A stretch of DNA of 64,000 nucleotides. It comes from Octopus vulgaris (lineage: Eukaryota). Positions 59,057 through 64,000 of this stretch are shown in pieces; the first letter of the stretch is position 1; every line of letters begins with the position of its first letter. Under the pieces are notes generated by a model. It did not search any database. It was not told the origin of the DNA and saw only the letters and a list, made by a program, of their open reading frames with translations. A program made the position numbers and the translations under genes. Location: positions 152,830,001-152,894,000 of the forward strand of contig OX597816.1 of assembly GCA_951406725.2 (NCBI GenBank), read 5' to 3'.

Positions 59057-59236
59057 TACATACATACATACATACATACATACACATACATACATACATA
59101 TATACATACATACATACATATATACATACATACATACATACATACATTCATACATACATACATACATTCATACATACATACATACATACATACATACATA
59201 CATACATACATACATACATACATACATACATACACA
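58770..59236. repeat. Long degenerate (CATA)n microsatellite
   Basis: Directly visible. Confidence 0.96.
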
Positions 59237-60871
59237 TCCCTCTCACTTTCTGCCTATGGGCTGATGAAGTATTTAGGGTTTTACTCCAATCTCCAATTTT
59301 GATCTACTATCGATTTACTCACTACCTGGCAGCCAGTTGCTAAGCAACACAGACTCTTACCACACCCCTTCCAACACCAACATTGTAACTACCACAAACA
59401 CTTTGACTAACCACACCACCGCGGCCATCCCCACCCATACTACCGACACCACTCTCACAACTATAGACACCACATCTGTATTTGCCAATTACAATTATCG
59501 TCATTCTCATCATCCTGGACATTATTATACTAATATTATCTTGAGCACCATGATAATGATAATGATGAAAATGATGGTGATGATGATAAAAAATGATGGG
59601 AATAATATAATAATAATGATGATGATGATGATGATTTCTCTATATTTATCATCGAGAACCTTTCTTTCATACATTAAACCATACACATAGGTATATTTTT
59701 TCTCCATGATATGTCGCGATAAACGAAGAGAACAAAGCTACTGCGCAATATGTTAAGACATTCTCTTGTTTTTTTTTTAAATTACCGCAAAAAAACAAAA
59801 ACAAAGCAGAAAACAAAAAGAACAAAGAAGCCAATTAACTGAATATATTTAAAGAAGGTTATCTGATTAAAAAATATAATTCGAGGAAAACATGCAACCT
59901 CAAGGATCAGGCCAAAGCTACCAACCATTCGGATCATTTCCCCTTTTCCCGTCACGCTTACTAATTAGTGTCACTAATGAGTACTTTCAGAACAGACGGT
60001 ACCAAGTAATCAAAAGAGAAGGAAAGGCCTCAAATTCTGCTGTCATTAAAGTACAACCCATCGCAGCATTCAAAAGTGGTTTGCAGCAACAGCGTACCTT
60101 CCATATAATCAGTGCTCATCCTCTCGCAAATCTGCATCTTTCGTTGTCTCTACCTATTATTCATTCAAATCGTTCATTGCTGTTCGATTCTATACAAAAT
60201 ATTGATGAAAACAATAGAGTTGTAAAGGGATAAATTTCGCCTTAGACGCTTTGCCCATCTTTGGCAAAATTTAGCTTTCCTCTTACCGCTCTCCCTGTCA
60301 GTTTGTTACATCACTTCATTATTCTTCCCCTTTTCATTATCGCAAAGCAATGGGCTAGTACTAGTGGTAGAGTAGACCCCTGCTATTTGGTTGTCGGCTT
60401 CTGAGACTGAGGTCGAAGTGAGATTTTACTCCACCCTCGATATTTGCAACTTTTTGTACCTGCTCATGTTACTGCTAGATTTAGGATTTTCGTTATATTT
60501 TTCTCTTTCTCTAGTCTTGTTATTGTTGTTGCTGATTCTACTAAATTATTTTTTACTAATTCCATAGTTCCAAAGCACGTACACCTGTTACCACTTTTTC
60601 ATTGCAACACCAGCAACAGCCTCGTGATTTTGTCTTACGAATCTTAGACAGTATAAGCACAAGTAAATGACACACCAGCTTGTCTTGCTTCGCCGCTTGG
60701 CTCTTGATAAAAAAAAATAAAATCTAGGTACACTGTCCCGTAAAACCTATCCCGACGATAGAGAAGACATCACATTACACAACTACCTTTAATTGTTCTC
60801 TTGCAGGTATAAAATAACTGGTCTGCTCATGTTGATGCATATATATCTGACCTTTCAACTCACTCACTCAC

Positions 60872-61300
60872 TCATTAATGAAAGGCTCTGACAACGATGC
60901 ACATGTTTTGATTTTTTTCTGATCGAGTCAGTTTATGTGTTTCGACTATTGCTGATGGCGTTAGCGAAAGAAAAGCTGACATACACTTCGCTGTTCTCTG
61001 TACTTTGTTGTTGTTATTGTTTTTGTTGCTGTTGTTGTAGGTAATTGTGGTGGTAATGTTGTTATGCCTGGTAAATTTGTATTTTCGGTTATTAGATTGT
61101 GACTGCCTGTATCTGCGGGTTTCATAAGTAATGTTTGTTTGCTTTTTCTCCCAAATTCTGCTTATCATTTTAAAAATTCGTTTTATTGTATTCGAAGTTT
61201 ATTTCTACGTTTTGTATTGAAAGGGCGTATCCTGTGTTACACTCTTTCTTATCAATATCTCTTACTCTTGCTACTTCTCCACCGCTCCTCGGGTATATTG
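60872..61300 (-). other. Candidate first exon (A/AAC-rich 5' UTR ending ATG-A|GTGAGT)
   Basis: Unique sequence with a GTGAGT donor at 60871, directly after an ATG. The donor lies in a short (GTGA)n repeat, so it may be chance. Confidence 0.25.
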
Positions 61301-61655
61301 TAAACAACAAAGACTAATGTAAAATATTGCTTAAAAGATAGCCCTATCCTCTTTCTCAGATATTGAGATAGACTTCTGATATTTCGAAGTTCCCTGTTTG
61401 TAAGAAATCATTGGATTTCTTACCAGAGACGTTCTTCAAACACCAAAACACAAATATTACAAGTGCAATTATTTCTCTTATTAAAATTTCATGGGAAGAA
61501 AACAGTCAAAAATATTTACCTCATTATTTCACTGCTAGTTTATTTTATCGAACCCAGAAGAGTGAAAAGAAAAGTCCATCTTGGTGAGATTTAAAAAGAG
61601 CTGTAACTAACGAACTGTTATGGGGGTAATAGTAATAATAGAACACCCCTCCTAC

Positions 61656-63260
61656 GTGACGAGTAGTATGTGTTAGTCATTATAAATACTGTCAGCCAGT
61701 ATCAGTATATGGAGAGAGTACGAAGTAGACCGTCATAGATAGTTGTGATCTTACTTGTCTAACTAACTATACTGCTATACCGGAGTGGGCATTACAATAG
61801 TCCGACATAGGATTGAAACAATGGCGACGAGGAAATAACAAACTCACAAGGAATTACGAAACCCAAAGTTTTTGAGCGAATTTTACGGTAAACCAAATCG
61901 TAAAATTATGGAACATTTGTTGGCCGGTTTGCTCGAATTGCAAAAACAGCAACAGAAAGAACAACACCCGCAGCTACAACTGCAAGAACAACAACAGAAG
62001 CAGCAACAACAACAATTGCTATTACAGCAACAAATGCTGCAATTAATGAAGTCGTCAAAAATGCTGAAAAGATGTTCTTCCCAGATTATGTTGCGAACTC
62101 AATAACAGAGTTTAAGTATGAATCAGACGAAGGAGTTACCTTCGAGGTGTCTACTAACAGATCGTCAATAAAGAGTGCGAAGATTGGGACGACGATATGA
62201 AAAATCGTTTAATCTTAGGAAAATTGGCAGCAGCAGAACATGAGCGTTACAGCAATTAAGTACTCCCGAAAAAAATCTTCTGACGTATATTAAAAATACA
62301 ATATTGTGTAAAACTTTTAGCGAGAAAAGCTCGTTATTCAATATACGCAAGAAATGTTTGAACCTAGAAAAGAACAACGAAGAGGACTACATCACATATG
62401 CTGGTAGGGTTAACAGGAAATGTGAAAAGTTCAAACTGGACGAATAAACGCCAGATATGTTTAAGTGCCTGATATATATTTTCGGACTAATTTCAGAAAA
62501 TGACGCAGAATTAAGAACAAGAATTCTCACTAGGCTGGAATAAAACCAAGTTGTAGCCTTACAACAAGTGTCAGAAGAGTGTAAAGGAATAGCAAGTTTA
62601 AGACACGAAACAGAGAAAATTGAACATAAAGATTGCTCTCAAATGAAACAAGTGCGTTGGAAAATAAAAAAAACAGGGAGAATAGAAATCAAATGTGTAC
62701 TAATATACAGTACAAACAGGACAAAAGTCAGGAAACAAACCAATGTTAAGCATTTAAGAAAGCAGTATATTACCGTCATGGAAAAATTGGACACGTAAAA
62801 GTGCATTGTAAAACCAAGATGGCAAAACGGAACAAAGGAAAGAGAAAAAACGAAATGTCGAAAGAAAATTTAAAAGAGGAATGTGAAAATTAAAAATATA
62901 AGAGTAAAAGGCAGTTAGATACTGGAAGTGATATTACCATTGTGAATGAAGGAATTTGGAAGTATATCGGTAATCCAAAATTAAGTAAATCTACAAAGTA
63001 GCTTACGATGTTACGGGTAAAAGATTGTATTTTGTTGACAAATTTGTGTGTAACGTAACATTTCGAGACAAAATGAAAATGGCAAAAGTATGCGTTAAAA
63101 AATTCAGTTAATCTATTCTGAATAGAGTGGATGGAACTATTCAAATTATGGAATACTTGAGAATATAGTTGGTTCAGTCGAAGGTTCGAATGCAGCTGAG
63201 GGATTGAAACTAAAAATAAAACATTTATTTCCAGATGTTTTCTCGGAGAAACTAGTCGTT
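61656..63260 (+). mobile_element. Gypsy-type LTR retrotransposon remnant: 5' LTR, PBS, gag, protease
   Basis: LTR-like 61656-61820 ending CA; PBS-like TGGCGACGAG at 61822; gag-like SLFNIRKKCLNL...PDMFKCLIYIFGL; knuckle remnant GKIGHVKVHC; protease LDTGSDITIV; many stops. Confidence 0.88.
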
Positions 63261-63264
63261 ACTA

Positions 63265-63420
63265 TCAATTCCAGTACTTGATTATTTCTTTATCAATCGG
63301 CCCACAAAGGATGTCCAGCAAAGGTGACCTAAGCAGAACTTGAACTCAGAACGTAAAGTACTGGAGAAATACAGCATGGTATTTCTTCTGACATTCTAAC
63401 GATTCTACCAGTTCACCATC
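63265..63420 (-). mobile_element. SINE family B, diverged
   Basis: gaacttgaactcagaacgtaaag...ctaacgattctaccagttcacc. Confidence 0.7.
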
Positions 63421-63423
63421 GTT

Positions 63424-63517
<94 letters not shown>

Positions 63518-63559
63518 GTAACAATGATGATTTCTTTAGTCACGAATAAGAGTTTACAC

Positions 63560-64000
63560 AAATTGCAGAGACGTAGTAGAAAATACAGTGTGATATGATT
63601 TGATGAAGTGTTACATGAAGGTGTGTAAACAGTAAATTAACAAAAGAATTGATGCAAAGGATTCAAACAACAAACCCCACCCCCAAAAGAAGAGACTTCC
63701 AAGAAATTATCGTAGAAACTCCACAAAACCACGGTTTCCTTGACCACAGTGCAAGTGCCTTCTCCAAGGCCCATTCTCTCAATATATAATCGCATGCTCT
63801 AACAAACCCGCTCACTCAGATTATTCTTGCCCCAGTCATCCATCTTACAACGAATTTGCTGGAAAGCAGCGCTTTCTTCTCCACCTAGCTTTCATTTTGA
63901 AGTGGAACTTGAAAAACTTAATGTGGGCTTAATGTGTCCACCACACAAATTCTTTCGTAAGGCCACTAGATAAATACTGACTGTCCTTTCTAGTCAAAGG
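63560..64000 (-). mobile_element. L1/Tx1-type LINE 3' end
   Basis: IKFFKFHFKMKA.. resembles the Tx1 ORF2 C-terminus, followed by a T-rich 3' UTR. Confidence 0.55.

Overview
AT-rich eukaryotic genomic DNA, almost certainly from an octopus or other coleoid cephalopod (inferred from the tRNA-derived SINE families and the very high density of di-, tri- and tetranucleotide microsatellites). Nearly all entries in the supplied ORF track are microsatellite translation artefacts. Most non-microsatellite sequence is decayed mobile DNA: three SINE families, CR1-type, R4/Dong-type and L1/Tx1-type LINE remnants, Penelope-like remnants with hammerhead-like motifs and fold-backs, a mariner fragment, a Gypsy LTR remnant, MITEs and a Helentron-like element. 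The main non-TE signal is a hand-predicted, uncharacterised plus-strand gene built from very small exons (about 8.8-27.1 kb). Three of its exons (25+29+75 nt = 43 aa, phase 0 to 0) lie inside a near-identical ~2.65 kb tandem triplication whose junctions fall in (TATG)n microsatellites, so the module can be repeated in frame. Two candidate first exons lie on the minus strand (5.4 kb and 61 kb). All gene models were read by eye and have no transcript or homology support.
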